A stretch of DNA of 64,000 bases, from assembly GCF_041248615.1 (NCBI RefSeq), contig NZ_CP158426.1. One strand, given 5' to 3'. How positions within the stretch are numbered: the first letter of the stretch is position 1; every line of letters begins with the position of its first letter. Below are positions 20,570-32,414 of the stretch, one piece after another. The notes beneath the pieces are model-generated. The model made no database searches, had not been told where the DNA came from, and saw only the letters and a program-made list of their open reading frames with translations. The position numbers were made by a program, and so were the translations under genes. This DNA comes from Escherichia coli. Lineage in GTDB: Bacteria; Pseudomonadota; Gammaproteobacteria; Enterobacterales; Enterobacteriaceae.

Positions 20570-21289
20570 ATGATGCGCAAAATGCTGCTGGCGGCAGCAC
20601 TTTCAGTGACGGCAATGACCGCTCACGCCGACTACCAGTGCAGCGTCACGCCGCGTGACGATGTGATTGTCAGCCCGCAAACCGTGCAGGTGAAGGGCGA
20701 AAACGGCAATCTGGTGATCACGCCAGACGGCAACGTGATGTATAACGGTAAGCAATATTCCCTGAATGCCGCCCAGCGCGAGCAGGCGAAGGATTATCAG
20801 GCTGAACTACGTAGCACCCTGCCGTGGATTGATGAAGGCGCGAAAAGCCGCGTCGAGAAAGCCCGTATTGCGCTGGATAAAATTATCGTTCAGGAGATGG
20901 GCGAAAGCAGCAAAATGCGCAGCCGTCTGACCAAACTTGATGCGCAGCTGAAAGAGCAGATGAACCGCATTATCGAAACGCGCAGCGATGGCCTGACGTT
21001 TCACTATAAAGCCATTGATCAGGTTCGTGCCGAAGGCCAGCAATTAGTGAATCAGGCAATGGGCGGAATTTTACAGGACAGCATTAATGAAATGGGCGCG
21101 AAAGCGGTGCTGAAAAGCGGCGGTAACCCATTACAGAACGTGCTGGGAAGCCTGGGCGGTCTGCAATCCTCAATCCAAACAGAGTGGAAAAAGCAGGAAA
21201 AAGATTTCCAGCAGTTTGGCAAAGATGTTTGTAGCCGCGTTGTGACTCTGGAAGATAGCCGCAAAGCCCTGGTCGGGAATTTAAAATAA
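20570..21289 (+). CDS. yggN: DUF2884 periplasmic protein
   Basis: 239-aa ORF with signal peptide at the K-12 yggN position. Confidence 0.85.
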   Translation: MMRKMLLAAALSVTAMTAHADYQCSVTPRDDVIVSPQTVQVKGENGNLVITPDGNVMYNGKQYSLNAAQREQAKDYQAELRSTLPWIDEGAKSRVEKARIALDKIIVQEMGESSKMRSRLTKLDAQLKEQMNRIIETRSDGLTFHYKAIDQVRAEGQQLVNQAMGGILQDSINEMGAKAVLKSGGNPLQNVLGSLGGLQSSIQTEWKKQEKDFQQFGKDVCSRVVTLEDSRKALVGNLK

Positions 21290-21393
21290 TCCTCTATTTT
21301 AAGACGGCATAATACTTTTTTATGCCGTTTAATTCTTCGTTTTGTTACCTGCCTCTAACTTTGTAGATCTCCAAAATATATTCACGTTGTAAA

Positions 21394-21407
21394 TTGTTTA
21401 ACGTCAA
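21394..21407 (+). promoter_or_regulatory. putative FNR box in ansB promoter
   Basis: TTGTTTAACGTCAA approximates TTGAT-N4-ATCAA about 58 bp upstream of the ansB ATG; ansB is known to be anaerobically activated. Confidence 0.4.
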
Positions 21408-21464
21408 ATTTCCCATACAAAGCTAAGGGATAATGCGTAGCGTTCACGTAACTGGAGGAATGAA

Positions 21465-22511
21465 ATGGAGTTTTTCAAAAAGACGGCACTTGCCGCACTG
21501 GTTATGGGTTTTAGTGGTGCAGCATTGGCATTACCCAATATCACCATTTTAGCAACCGGCGGGACCATTGCCGGTGGTGGTGACTCCGCAACCAAATCTA
21601 ACTACACAGCGGGTAAAGTTGGCGTAGAAAATCTGGTTAATGCGGTGCCGCAACTGAAGGACATTGCGAACGTTAAAGGCGAGCAGGTAGTGAATATTGG
21701 CTCCCAGGACATGAACGATGATGTCTGGCTGACACTGGCGAAAAAAATTAACACCGACTGCGATAAAACTGACGGCTTCGTCATTACCCACGGTACCGAC
21801 ACGATGGAAGAAACCGCTTACTTCCTCGACCTGACGGTGAAATGCGACAAACCGGTGGTGATGGTCGGTGCAATGCGCCCGTCCACGTCTATGAGCGCAG
21901 ACGGTCCATTCAACCTGTATAACGCGGTAGTGACCGCAGCTGATAAAGCCTCCGCTAATCGTGGCGTACTGGTAGTGATGAACGACACCGTGCTTGATGG
22001 CCGTGATGTCACCAAAACCAACACCACCGACGTAGCGACCTTCAAGTCTGTTAACTACGGTCCTCTGGGTTACATTCACAACGGTAAGATTGACTACCAA
22101 CGTACCCCGGTACGTAAGCACACCAGCGACACGCCGTTCGATGTCTCTAAGCTGAATGAACTGCCGAAAGTCGGCATTGTTTATAACTACGCTAACGCAT
22201 CCGATCTTCCGGCTAAAGCACTGGTAGATGCGGGCTATGATGGCATCGTTAGCGCTGGCGTGGGTAACGGCAACCTGTATAAAACCGTATTTGACACCCT
22301 TGCAACCGCTGCGAAAAACGGCACTGCAGTAGTGCGTTCTTCCCGCGTACCGACGGGCGCTACCACTCAGGATGCCGAAGTGGATGATGCGAAATACGGC
22401 TTCGTCGCCTCTGGCACGTTGAACCCGCAAAAAGCGCGCGTTCTGCTGCAACTGGCTCTGACGCAAACTAAAGATCCGCAGCAGATCCAGCAGATCTTCA
22501 ATCAGTACTAA
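21465..22511 (+). CDS. ansB: L-asparaginase 2 (periplasmic)
   Basis: 348-aa ORF with signal peptide and TGGTIAG active-site motif. Confidence 0.95.
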   Translation: MEFFKKTALAALVMGFSGAALALPNITILATGGTIAGGGDSATKSNYTAGKVGVENLVNAVPQLKDIANVKGEQVVNIGSQDMNDDVWLTLAKKINTDCDKTDGFVITHGTDTMEETAYFLDLTVKCDKPVVMVGAMRPSTSMSADGPFNLYNAVVTAADKASANRGVLVVMNDTVLDGRDVTKTNTTDVATFKSVNYGPLGYIHNGKIDYQRTPVRKHTSDTPFDVSKLNELPKVGIVYNYANASDLPAKALVDAGYDGIVSAGVGNGNLYKTVFDTLATAAKNGTAVVRSSRVPTGATTQDAEVDDAKYGFVASGTLNPQKARVLLQLALTQTKDPQQIQQIFNQY

Positions 22512-22627
22512 TCACTTCGCCCCGGTATCGTGCCGGGGCTTATTCACTTCAGACTCACGTCCATTGCCAATTTTTATTACCCTAATGATAATCACCGGAA
22601 TAAATTATTCCGCGCGAGGGTTTTCGG

Positions 22628-23635
22628 GTGAAAAAGCAATGGATTGTTGGTACGGCGCTGTTTATGTTGATGACTGGTAATGTCCGGGCAGATGGTGAAC
22701 CGCCAACTGAAAATATCTTAAAAGATCAATTCAAAAAGCAGTATCACGGCATTCTCAAGCTTGATGTCATCACCTTAAAAAATCTTGATGCTAAGGGTAA
22801 TCAGGCCACCTGGTCAGCGGAAGGCGATGTCTCTTCCAGTGACGATCTCTATACCTGGGTCGGTCAGTTGGCAGATTACGAGCTGCTCGAACAGACCTGG
22901 ACGAAAGATAAACCGGTGAAATTCTCGGCGATGTTAACCAGTAAAGGAACGCCCGCGTCTGGCTGGTCGGTGAACTTTTACTCTTTTCAGGCGGCAGCCA
23001 GCGATCGTGGGCGGGTGGTTGACGATATCAAAACCAATAATAAATATCTGATCGTGAATAGCGAAGATTTCAATTATCGCTTTAGTCAGCTTGAGTCTGC
23101 GTTGAATAACCAGAATAACTCGATTCCTGCACTGAAAAAGGATGTAAAAGCGCTTGATAAGCAAATGGTGGCGGCGCAGAAAGCAGCGGATGCATATTGG
23201 GGAAAAGATGCAAACGGTAAGCAAATGACCCGCGAAGACGCCTTTAAAAAAATTCACCAACAGCGTGATGATTTTAATAAACAGAACGATAGTGAGGCGT
23301 TCGCGGTTAAATATGACAAAGAGGTTTATCAACCGGCGATTGCGGCATGTCATAAACAGAGTGAAGAGTGTTATGAAGTGCCAATTCAGCAGAAACGAGA
23401 TTTTGATATCAATGAACAACGGCGACAGACTTTTCTGCAATCACAAAAACTTAGCCGTAAATTGCAGGATGACTGGATAACGCTCGAAAAAGGGCAATAT
23501 CCGTTAACGATGAAAGTTTCAGAAATAAACAGTAAAAAAGTCACGATTTTGATGAAAATTGACGATATCAACCAGGCTAATGAACGCTGGAAAAAAGATA
23601 CCGAACAATTGCGGCGCAATGGGGTGATTAAGTAA
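22628..23635 (+). CDS. yggM: DUF1202 protein
   Basis: 335-aa ORF with signal peptide; GTG start. Confidence 0.85.
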   Translation: MKKQWIVGTALFMLMTGNVRADGEPPTENILKDQFKKQYHGILKLDVITLKNLDAKGNQATWSAEGDVSSSDDLYTWVGQLADYELLEQTWTKDKPVKFSAMLTSKGTPASGWSVNFYSFQAAASDRGRVVDDIKTNNKYLIVNSEDFNYRFSQLESALNNQNNSIPALKKDVKALDKQMVAAQKAADAYWGKDANGKQMTREDAFKKIHQQRDDFNKQNDSEAFAVKYDKEVYQPAIAACHKQSEECYEVPIQQKRDFDINEQRRQTFLQSQKLSRKLQDDWITLEKGQYPLTMKVSEINSKKVTILMKIDDINQANERWKKDTEQLRRNGVIK

Positions 23636-23656
23636 TTTTTGCGATGACGCAAGAGT

Positions 23657-23693
23657 TGTAGCCGGATGTTGCGTACACGCCGCATCCGGCAAT
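23657..23693. repeat. REP element
   Basis: TGTAGCCGGATGTTGCGTACACGCCGCATCCGGCAAT palindromic unit between convergent yggM and hemW. Confidence 0.5.
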
Positions 23694-23699
23694 ACAAAT

Positions 23700-24836
23700 T
23701 TACTCAGCCAGAAAAAGCTCCAGCAGCGAATTTAAAAACAACTTCCCATGTTCCGTTATCTGCCAGTAATCCGCACATTCTGTGAGATAACCCTGAGCGA
23801 TAGCCTCGTCTAACTGTGGGCGAATAACCTCTTCTGAAAGGCCAGTATACTGGCTAAACTCCACGCGCGGCGCGGCTTCCAGCAAACGGAAGCGATTCAT
23901 AAAGAACTCAAATGGTTTATCTGCGGCTTCGACATCACGCTGGCTTTCCAGATACCGCCCCTGCATAAAACCACGTGGATGACGCGTTTTGGTGGTACGC
24001 AGAATGCGCCCATCCGGGAAGGTCACTTTGCCATGCGCGCCGCAGCCAATACCGATGTAGTCACCAAAGCGCCAGTAGTTGAGATTGTGCTGGCACTGAT
24101 AACCGGGTTTGGCGTAAGCGGAAGTTTCATATTGCTGATAACCCGCTGCGGTTAATAACTGATGCCCCTGTTCGAAAATGTCCCACAGCGCGTCATCGTC
24201 CGGCAGTACAGGAGGGCGCGAGCCAAACAGCGTATTGGGTTCGATGGTCAGTTGATACCAGGAAAGATGCGGCGGATTCAGTTCAATGGCCTGGCGTAGA
24301 TCGCCTAGCGCCTCTTCCAGTGATTGATCCGGTAGCCCATGCATCAAATCGAGGTTAAAGCTACGTAACCCTAAACCGCTCGCCAGATTTGCCGCTCGTT
24401 TCGCTTCTTGCGGGCCATGAATGCGCCCAAGTCGTTTCAGCTTTTCTTCGCTAAAACTCTGTACGCCAATGGAGATGCGGTTCACACCAGCACGCTGATA
24501 ATCAACAAAGCGATCGGCTTCAACCGTACCAGGGTTCGCTTCCATCGTAATTTCTGCATCCGCTGCCAGCGGCAAACGCGCACGTACGCCGTTCAGCAGC
24601 GTTTGCATCGCCGGGCCGGAAAGCAGGCTCGGCGTACCACCGCCAATAAAGATTGTCTTTACTTCACGGCCCTGAGCGTAAGCCACATCGTTGTCCAGAT
24701 CGTTAAGCAGATGCTGAACATAATCGTCGTGCGGCACTTCTCCTTTCAACGCGTGAGAGTTGAAATCGCAGTACGGGCATTTCTGCACGCACCACGGGAT
24801 GTGAATGTAGAGACTCAGCGGCGGTAATTTAACCAT
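23700..24836 (-). CDS. hemW: heme chaperone, radical SAM family
   Basis: 378-aa ORF with CxxxCxxC radical-SAM motif (CVQKCPYC). Confidence 0.9.
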
Positions 24837-25422
24837 TACGTAAAGCGTCCAGCAGCAGTTTCAACGCCTGACCACGGTGGGAAATGGCGCTCTTTTCTTC
24901 GCGGGTCAGTTCGGCAGCGGTTTTCCCTTCGGAAGGTACGAAGAAGATTGGATCATAACCAAAGCCACCAGTGCCCGCTGGTTCACGAGTAATCACGCCT
25001 GGCCAGCTACCGTGGCATACCAGCGGAGTGGGATCTTCCGCGTGACGCAGATATACCAGCACGCAGTGGAAACGCGCCTGACGTTGGTCGTCCGGTACGT
25101 CTTTCATTGTTTCCAGCAGTTTTTGCAGATTCTTTTGATCGGTCGCGTCTTCACCGGAATAACGCGCGGAGTAAATACCCGGCGCGCCACCCAGCGCATC
25201 TACCGCCAGACCGGAGTCGTCGGCAATTGCCGGTAAACCGGTCACTTTTGCCGCATGGCGCGCTTTCAGAATCGCGTTTTCGATAAAGGTCAGGCCGGTT
25301 TCTTCAGCGGAATCTACGCCGAGGTCTGTTTGGGCAACGATATCAAGACCGAAGTCGCTAAGCAGCGACGCCAGCTCACGCACTTTACCGGCATTGCCGG
25401 TTGCGAGGACAACTTTTTGCAT
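24829..25422 (-). CDS. rdgB: dITP/XTP pyrophosphatase
   Basis: 197-aa [20 protein letters not shown]...; overlaps hemW by 8 bp. Confidence 0.9.
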
Positions 25423-25429
25423 AGGATAC

Positions 25430-25732
25430 CTAATTAATTAACGCCGCGATTTCTGGCGGGATTTGTTGCGGATTAATGATTTTAATTTGTTTGTGGCGGC
25501 CAAGTTCGCCTTTTTCAATCACCACCTGGCTTTTGGCAACCCGGAATAGCTTACCGAGAAACTTCACCAGATGGCTGTTGGCCTGGCCGTCAACCGGCGG
25601 CGCGGTAATGGCGACTTTTACCTCGTCGCCATGTAAACCGACAATAGAATCACGGCTGGCTTTCGGCTGAATATAGAGCCGTAAAACCAGACCGTCATCA
25701 TTAACTGTTACGGCACTCATAACGCCATCCAC
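25430..25732 (-). CDS. yggU: DUF167 protein
   Basis: 100-aa ORF at the K-12 yggU position; overlaps yggT. Confidence 0.8.
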
Positions 25733-26283
25733 AGCCCCGGCAGCAGCATATTTCCGGTCGCCTGCAAGACTTCTGCGACACCCATATTGATGACATACAG
25801 CAGCAGAACGAGGATCATCGGCGAGAAATCAATCCCACCCATTGCCGGTAGCAAGCGGCGAATCGGGCGCAGCAGCGGATCGGCCAGCTGAATCAGCACG
25901 TATTCAATCGGGCTACGACCCTGGCTTACCCAGCTCATAATCGCCATCACCAGCAGGACCCAGAAAATCAGCAGGCCGATGGTTTTCAGCAGAATTAATA
26001 AACCGGCAATCCAAATGATTGGCAGGAAGGTCACCACTTTAAACAGCACGATGGCTTTAATGAAACTGAGAATATAGGCAACCAGCAGCGAGGCGCTATC
26101 AATGGGTCCCATTGCCGGAATAACGCGGCGCAGTGGCCCGATAATCGGCTGCGTTACCTTCACTACAAACTGTGAGAAGGGGTTGTAAAAATCACAATGA
26201 GCCCACTGCATCCAGATGCGTAATAACAGCACCATGGTATACAGCTCAATGACCGTTGAAAGCAGGAAAGTCAACGTATTCAT
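25717..26283 (-). CDS. yggT: YggT-family membrane protein
   Basis: 188-aa hydrophobic ORF. Confidence 0.85.
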
Positions 26284-26300
26284 GGCGTTCCTTTAATTCC

Positions 26301-27005
26301 TTATTTTTTAGAGTAATCACGCGCACCAAAAATTGCAGTGCCGATACGAACCATCGTGCTACCTGCCGCAATGGCGGCTTCCATATCGTCCGACATTCCC
26401 AGAGAGAGCGTGTCGATATGCGGGTAGCGCGTTTTCAGTCCGGCAAATGCTACAGCCATTTGGCGTGCAACTTCAAACTGCCTTACATATTCTGACTCAG
26501 GCGCAGGGATTGCCATCAGCCCGCGCAGACGTAAACGCGGTAGTTCAGCGACCGCAGCTGCCAGCTCGTCCAGTTCAGCCAGTTGAATCCCGGACTTACT
26601 GTTTTCATCACTAATATTAATTTGAATCAGTACGTTAAGAGGGGGAAGTTCTGCCGGGCGCTGGTCGTTCAGACGGGTAGCGATGCGCAAACGGTCGATG
26701 GTATGACACCAGTCGAAATGCTCTGCCACCAGGCGGCTTTTATTAGACTGCAACGGGCCAATAAAATGCCATTCTAATCCTGTTACGCCCAGTTCCTGAA
26801 AGTGGCGAATTTTATCTACCCCTTCCTGAACGTAGTTTTCACCAAATTGACGCTGCCCGGCATCAATGGCTTCTGCGATGGCGCTCGCAGGTTTTGTTTT
26901 ACTGACTGCAAGCAGCGTAATTTCTTCTGGAGAACGGCCGCAACGCGTTGCAGCCGCTGAGATTTTGTCCCGGACCTGTGCCAGGTTATGCGCAATATCG
27001 TTCAT
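26301..27005 (-). CDS. yggS: pyridoxal phosphate homeostasis protein
   Basis: 234-aa ORF MNDIAHNLAQVRDKI... Confidence 0.9.
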   Translation of the reverse strand: MNDIAHNLAQVRDKISAAATRCGRSPEEITLLAVSKTKPASAIAEAIDAGQRQFGENYVQEGVDKIRHFQELGVTGLEWHFIGPLQSNKSRLVAEHFDWCHTIDRLRIATRLNDQRPAELPPLNVLIQINISDENSKSGIQLAELDELAAAVAELPRLRLRGLMAIPAPESEYVRQFEVARQMAVAFAGLKTRYPHIDTLSLGMSDDMEAAIAAGSTMVRIGTAIFGARDYSKK

Positions 27006-27022
27006 TTTCCGAGGATCTTAGT

Positions 27023-28003
27023 ATGAATATGGAAGAAATTGTGGCCCTTAGTGTAAAGCATAACGTCTCGGATCTACACCTGTGCAGCGCCTGGCCCGCA
27101 CGATGGCGTATTCGCGGGAGAATGGAAGCTGCGCCGTTTGACGCGCCGGACGTCGAAGAGCTACTGCGGGAGTGGCTGGATGACGATCAGCGGGCAATAT
27201 TGCTGGAGAATGGTCAGCTGGATTTTGCTGTGTCGCTGGCGGAAAACCAGCGATTGCGCGGCAGTGCGTTCGCACAACGGCAAGGTATTTCTCTGGCGTT
27301 ACGGCTGTTACCTTCGCACTGCCCGCAGCTCGAACAGCTTGGCGCACCACCGGTATTGCCGGAATTACTCAAGAGCGAGAATGGCCTGATTCTGGTGACG
27401 GGGGCGACGGGGAGCGGCAAATCTACCACGCTGGCGGCGATGGTTGGCTATCTCAATCAACATGCCGATGCGCATATTCTGACGCTGGAAGATCCTGTGG
27501 AATATCTCTATACCAGTCAGCGATGTTTGATTCAGCAGCGGGAGATTGGTTTGCACTGTATGACTTTCGCATCGGGATTGCGGGCTGCATTGCGGGAAGA
27601 TCCTGATGTGATTTTGCTCGGAGAGCTGCGTGATAGCGAGACAATCCGTCTGGCGCTGACGGCGGCAGAAACCGGGCATCTGGTGCTGGCGACATTACAC
27701 ACGCGCGGCGCAGCGCAGGCAGTTGAGCGACTGGTGGATTCATTTCCTGCGCAGGAAAAAGATCCCGTGCGTAATCAACTGGCAGGTAGTTTACGGGCAG
27801 TGTTGTCACAAAAACTGGAAGTGGATAAACAGGAAGGACGCGTGGCGCTGTTTGAATTACTGATTAACACACCCGCGGTGGGGAATTTGATTCGTGAAGG
27901 GAAAACCCACCAGTTACCGCATGTTATTCAAACCGGGCAGCAGGTGGGGATGATAACGTTTCAGCAGAGTTATCAGCAGCGGGTGAAAGAAGGGCGCTTG
28001 TGA
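27023..28003 (+). CDS. yggR: PilT-like type IV pilus retraction ATPase homolog
   Basis: Start at MNMEEIVALSVKH (326 aa); Walker A GATGSGKST. Confidence 0.85.
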   Translation: MNMEEIVALSVKHNVSDLHLCSAWPARWRIRGRMEAAPFDAPDVEELLREWLDDDQRAILLENGQLDFAVSLAENQRLRGSAFAQRQGISLALRLLPSHCPQLEQLGAPPVLPELLKSENGLILVTGATGSGKSTTLAAMVGYLNQHADAHILTLEDPVEYLYTSQRCLIQQREIGLHCMTFASGLRAALREDPDVILLGELRDSETIRLALTAAETGHLVLATLHTRGAAQAVERLVDSFPAQEKDPVRNQLAGSLRAVLSQKLEVDKQEGRVALFELLINTPAVGNLIREGKTHQLPHVIQTGQQVGMITFQQSYQQRVKEGRL

Positions 28004-28034
28004 CGTTGCTGTGTCTGATACGAATTGTAAATAT

Positions 28035-28131
28035 GCCCGATGCGCAAGCTTATCGGGCCTACAAGGGAAGCGTAACTTTGAATTCGCACTCACTGTAGGT
28101 TGGATAAGGCGTTTACGCCGCATCCAACATG
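28035..28131. repeat. REP/BIME repeats
   Basis: GCCCGATGCGCAAGCTTATCGGGCCTACA and GGATAAGGCGTTTACGCCGCATCCAACA units. Confidence 0.5.
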
Positions 28132-28176
28132 AAACAATGAGCACATTGTCAGAAATCTGTGCGCTAGTAAATCGCC

Positions 28177-28593
28177 TTAATATCCCTGCTCGAAATAGCT
28201 TTCGAGAATAATAACCGCAGAGGCAGAGTCGACTTTGCCTTTGTTGAGCGCCCGATAGCCGCCCTGTTCAAACAGACCGGAACGTGCCTCCACGGTGCTA
28301 AGTCGCTCGTCATGGAGCTTTACTTCAACACCGAAACGACCATGAATACGGTTGGCAAATTTACGCGCTCTGGCGGTTAACGGCTGTTCGGTGCCGTCCA
28401 TATTCAGCGGCAAACCGACGATGATTTCGTCCGGCTGCCACTCTTTCAGTAAACGCTCGATAATGTTCCAGTCCGGCGTACCGTCCTGCGCTTTAATTGC
28501 AGGCAAAGGGCGAGCGGTGCCGGTAATGCGTTGGCCGACCGCTACGCCAATGCTTTTGGTGCCGAAGTCGAAGGCGAGTAAGGTTCCACTCAT
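28177..28593 (-). CDS. ruvX: Holliday-junction-resolvase-like pre-16S rRNA nuclease
   Basis: Start at [20 protein letters not shown] (138 aa). Confidence 0.9.
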
Positions 28594-29156
28594 CAGGCGT
28601 GTCCTGCCACACCAGGCATGGTGAGAATATCCACACCAATCAGTTTTGCCGCCTCGCGCCAGCGGTCGGCAATCGGCGTTTTGAACAGAATATTCAGATC
28701 TGCCGGGGCCGTTAGCCACGCGTTATCGAGAATTTCTTGTTCCAGTTGACCTTTCTCCCAGGAGGCATAACCCAGAGCCACCAATACGTCAGACGGTTGT
28801 TTATCGGTGCCGAGCGTTTCCAGCACATCGCGGGAAGTGGTCATCACTGTGTTGTCTGAAATGCGAATGCTGGAAGCAAAATTGGAGGGCGGAGTATGCA
28901 AAATAAACCCGCGATCTTCAGCCAGCGGACCGCCGAGCATAACCGGTTTATCCAGACGGATTGATTCATCACGCGGCTCCGGCGTGATCTTCAGCTTTTC
29001 CAGAATCCCTTCAATTTTGAGATTTTCCAGCGGCTTGTTGACGATGATCCCCATTGCACCATTGGTATTATGTTCGCAAATGTAGACCACGGAACGACGG
29101 AAAATCGGATCCTGGAGAGCAGGCATGGCAATAAGAAAGTGATGCTGTAAATTCAT
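28593..29156 (-). CDS. yqgE: DUF179 protein
   Basis: Start at [15 protein letters not shown] (187 aa). Confidence 0.85.
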
Positions 29157-29264
29157 TGTCAGAGGTTCTGTTTCCTGGTTCAAAAAAGCAACAGCGCCCA
29201 GTATGCGTGGAAAGAAGGGCGCTGTCACTCAGAGTCTCAACGAGATCCTTCTCGCTAAGGTGGG

Positions 29265-30215
29265 TTACTGCTGCTGTAAACGTGCTTCGATGGCATCCAT
29301 TAACATTCCGGTGATCGACACCGGAAACTCTGCTTCAATCTCACGAATACAGGTTGGGCTGGTGACGTTAATTTCAGTCAGACGGTCGCCGATGATATCC
29401 AGACCAACAAAAATCAGCCCTTTTTCTTTCAGCGTCGGCCCAATCTGACGGGCGATTTTCCAGTCACTTTCCGTCAGCGGACGAGGTTCACCGCGACCAC
29501 CGGCAGCCAGATTGCCACGGGTTTCGCCCCCCTGCGGAATACGCGCCAGGCAATACGGCACCGGCTCGCCATCCACTACCAGCACGCGTTTGTCGCCATC
29601 TTTAATGGCTGGCAGGTAATTTTGCGCCATGCAGTAGCGAGTGCCATGCTCAGTCAGGGTTTCGGCAATCACGCCGAGGTTTGGATCACCTTCTTTCACG
29701 CGGAAAATCGACGCGCCGCCCATACCGTCCAGCGGCTTAAGAATGATGTCGCTGTGTTTTTCCCAGAAAGCTTTTAGCTGCGCTTTATTGCGTGTGACCA
29801 GCGTTTCTGGTGTTAAGTCAGAGAACCAGGCAGTGAACAGTTTTTCGTTACAATCGCGCAGGCTCTGCGGCTTGTTAACGATCAGCGTCCCTTTATCTTC
29901 GGCACGTTCCAGAATATAGGTCGCGTAGATAAACTCGGTATCAAACGGCGGGTCTTTACGCATCAGGATCACATCGAGATCGGCCAGCGGCAGATCCTGC
30001 TCACCCGTGAACTCGTACCATTTATCGTAGTTCTGTTCGACGCTCAAAGTACGGGTACGAGCGCGAGCCTCACCATTGATCAAATAGAGATCGGCCATCT
30101 CCATATAGTGAAGTTCGTAACCACGACGCTGTGCTTCCAGCAACATAGCGAAACTGGAATCTTTCTTGATGTTGATGTTTGCGATGGGGTCCATCACGAT
30201 GCCGAGCTTGATCAT
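29265..30215 (-). CDS. gshB: glutathione synthetase
   Basis: 316-aa ORF MIKLGIVMDPIANINIKKDSSFAM... Confidence 0.95.
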   Translation of the reverse strand: MIKLGIVMDPIANINIKKDSSFAMLLEAQRRGYELHYMEMADLYLINGEARARTRTLSVEQNYDKWYEFTGEQDLPLADLDVILMRKDPPFDTEFIYATYILERAEDKGTLIVNKPQSLRDCNEKLFTAWFSDLTPETLVTRNKAQLKAFWEKHSDIILKPLDGMGGASIFRVKEGDPNLGVIAETLTEHGTRYCMAQNYLPAIKDGDKRVLVVDGEPVPYCLARIPQGGETRGNLAAGGRGEPRPLTESDWKIARQIGPTLKEKGLIFVGLDIIGDRLTEINVTSPTCIREIEAEFPVSITGMLMDAIEARLQQQ

Positions 30216-30227
30216 TATTCTTCTCCG

Positions 30228-30959
30228 TTAGCCCAAATCGCCAAAACGCACTTGTAGCGCGGTAATGGCGGTGAGCGCAGTTGTCTCAGTACGCAAAACG
30301 CGAGGTCCCAACAGGATATCAGTAAATTGATAGCGGGCAGTCATGGCAATTTCATCTGCCGATAAACCGCCTTCCGGGCCAATCAGCAGGCGGACGCGTT
30401 CGACCGGTAACGGCAACGTATTGATGCTGTTGCTGGCGCGCGGGTGAAGATTCAGTTTCAGTCCTTCATCCTGCTCTGCACACCAGGCTTCCAGATCCAT
30501 CGCTGGACGGATTTCCGGCACCCGGTTACGGCCACACTGCTCACAGGCAGCAATTGCAATCTTCTGCCACTGCTGGAGCTTCTTGTTCAGACGTTCACTA
30601 TCCAGTTTAACGCCGCAGCGCTCAGAAAAAAGTGGCGTAATGAGGCTTACACCGAGTTCGATCGATTTCTGGATAGTAAATTCCATTTTTTCACCACGCG
30701 ACATCACCTGACCGAGGTGAATATGCAGCGGAGATTCGCGATCGTCGATCTGGCCTTCCAGCACCTTCACTTCCACGCTTTTTTTGCTGGCGCTGGTAAT
30801 TTCGGCGTCAAAGACCTGGTTGCTGCCGTCAAACAATTGCAGCGCCTGTCCCGGCCCCATACGCAGTACGCGCCCGATATGGTTGGCGGCATCTTCGCAA
30901 AGCGCGATGTGAGAATGGCTGGTCAGTGGTTCAGGATGATAAATGCGGGGGATACGCAT
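30228..30959 (-). CDS. rsmE: 16S rRNA m3U1498 methyltransferase
   Basis: Start at [12 protein letters not shown] (243 aa). Confidence 0.9.
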
Positions 30960-31038
30960 AGTTAAAAATCCGCGTCGTCTCCCCACGCGGTTGTACGCGT
31001 GGGGTAGGGGTTAACAAAAAGAATCCCGCTAGTGTAGG

Positions 31039-31746
31039 TTAGCTCTTTCGCGCCTGGCAAGCGCGTTGCACATACGGGTTATGATTGCCCTGCACCTTCG
31101 CGATGCGTTCATCACGCTCGCACTCCCAGTCGGTAACTGGATACATCTTGTCCCATGCGTTGAACAGCTGCGTTTGCTGACGAGAGAGTGTCAGGTTGTA
31201 TTGGTCACGCATATAGAAGTAGGTGCGCGCAATGGCACCGCGTGCACGCGCTGGTGGCTCGGCAACTTTTTCTTTGAAATCGACCTTCATGGCGCATTGA
31301 CCGTACTGGCCTTCACCGCCATTCCACTGGCTGTACATAAAGTTGCCGCGATCGCCATTCACCTCACCGACTGACGGCTGCAGGTTATGCATATCGCTTT
31401 CCATCTTGCGATAGACCGGATCTTTGGCGCAATTTTTACGTCCACCGTCCTGCCAGCACTGGCGCTGGTGACCGAATTGCCAGGCAGGAACGACGTGTTC
31501 CCACTCTACGCGGCTGGCACGGTTTTCATTTTTTCGCACCTGATAGCCGCACGATTGCAGATCAACAACGCCTTTTTTGCCCTGCCAGTTAATTTTACAT
31601 CCGCAATAAAACGTACCGGGCGCGTCAGCGTGGACTTTTACCGCCGCGGCTTTCGCTTGAGAAAAACTATTGATACCTTCGGCCAATGCCGGGCCGGAAA
31701 ATGCTGCGCTCAGTACCACCGCAGCAATAGACAAATAACGGTACAT
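31039..31746 (-). CDS. endA: periplasmic endonuclease I
   Basis: Start at [22 protein letters not shown] (235 aa). Confidence 0.95.
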   Translation of the reverse strand: MYRYLSIAAVVLSAAFSGPALAEGINSFSQAKAAAVKVHADAPGTFYCGCKINWQGKKGVVDLQSCGYQVRKNENRASRVEWEHVVPAWQFGHQRQCWQDGGRKNCAKDPVYRKMESDMHNLQPSVGEVNGDRGNFMYSQWNGGEGQYGQCAMKVDFKEKVAEPPARARGAIARTYFYMRDQYNLTLSRQQTQLFNAWDKMYPVTDWECERDERIAKVQGNHNPYVQRACQARKS

Positions 31747-31840
31747 CACTTACTCCGTGTTAAAACGAGCCAGCAACGTAGCGAAAGTTGTTTTGGTATG
31801 CAATCAGCCAGATCAGGAAAGTTCCTGATAGTTCAGGTGG

Positions 31841-32338
31841 TTATTTCGCAACCAGCTGTTCGCCGCAGTGAACACAGCGATAGACGGCTTCGCCACGAAC
31901 TACGCGATTATGACGGCGTACGGTAAGCTGATGCTCCTGGCACTTGCAGCGGTAGGGGAAGGTGTTGCGGCGCACGGATTGCAGTTCGAACTGATGCGTA
32001 CGGCGGGCGGGAACGCCCAGCACGCTTTCCATCATCCACTTCCACTCTTTGCCATGTGGCGCTACGCGGCCGAAATGTTTCCATACCAGCAAATGTGCCA
32101 GTTCGTGCGGCACCACTTCTTCAATAAAGGCTTCACTGTTTTCCAACAGCAAAACGGGATTGAGACGAATTTCATAGCTTTCCAGCCAGGCTGTTCCGGC
32201 AGAGGTTCCGCGCTGGGTGTAAGAGAGTTTTGGCTCCGGGTAGTTACGCCCTAGCTTCAGGTTGGCCTGGGCGAGTTTTTCCCGCAGGCGACGCATAACG
32301 GCCTGTTGGATGGCGATAGGGAGACGGGATGTTTTCAT
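31841..32338 (-). CDS. sprT: SprT-family protein
   Basis: Start at [14 protein letters not shown] (165 aa); HELAH zinc motif. Confidence 0.85.
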   Translation of the reverse strand: MKTSRLPIAIQQAVMRRLREKLAQANLKLGRNYPEPKLSYTQRGTSAGTAWLESYEIRLNPVLLLENSEAFIEEVVPHELAHLLVWKHFGRVAPHGKEWKWMMESVLGVPARRTHQFELQSVRRNTFPYRCKCQEHQLTVRRHNRVVRGEAVYRCVHCGEQLVAK

Positions 32339-32414
32339 AGCGGCAGAGGATAGAGCGAAGAAAAGATGACTGCAAGAGGTGGCTTCCTCCATGATGGGAG
32401 GAAGCCTGAGGAGA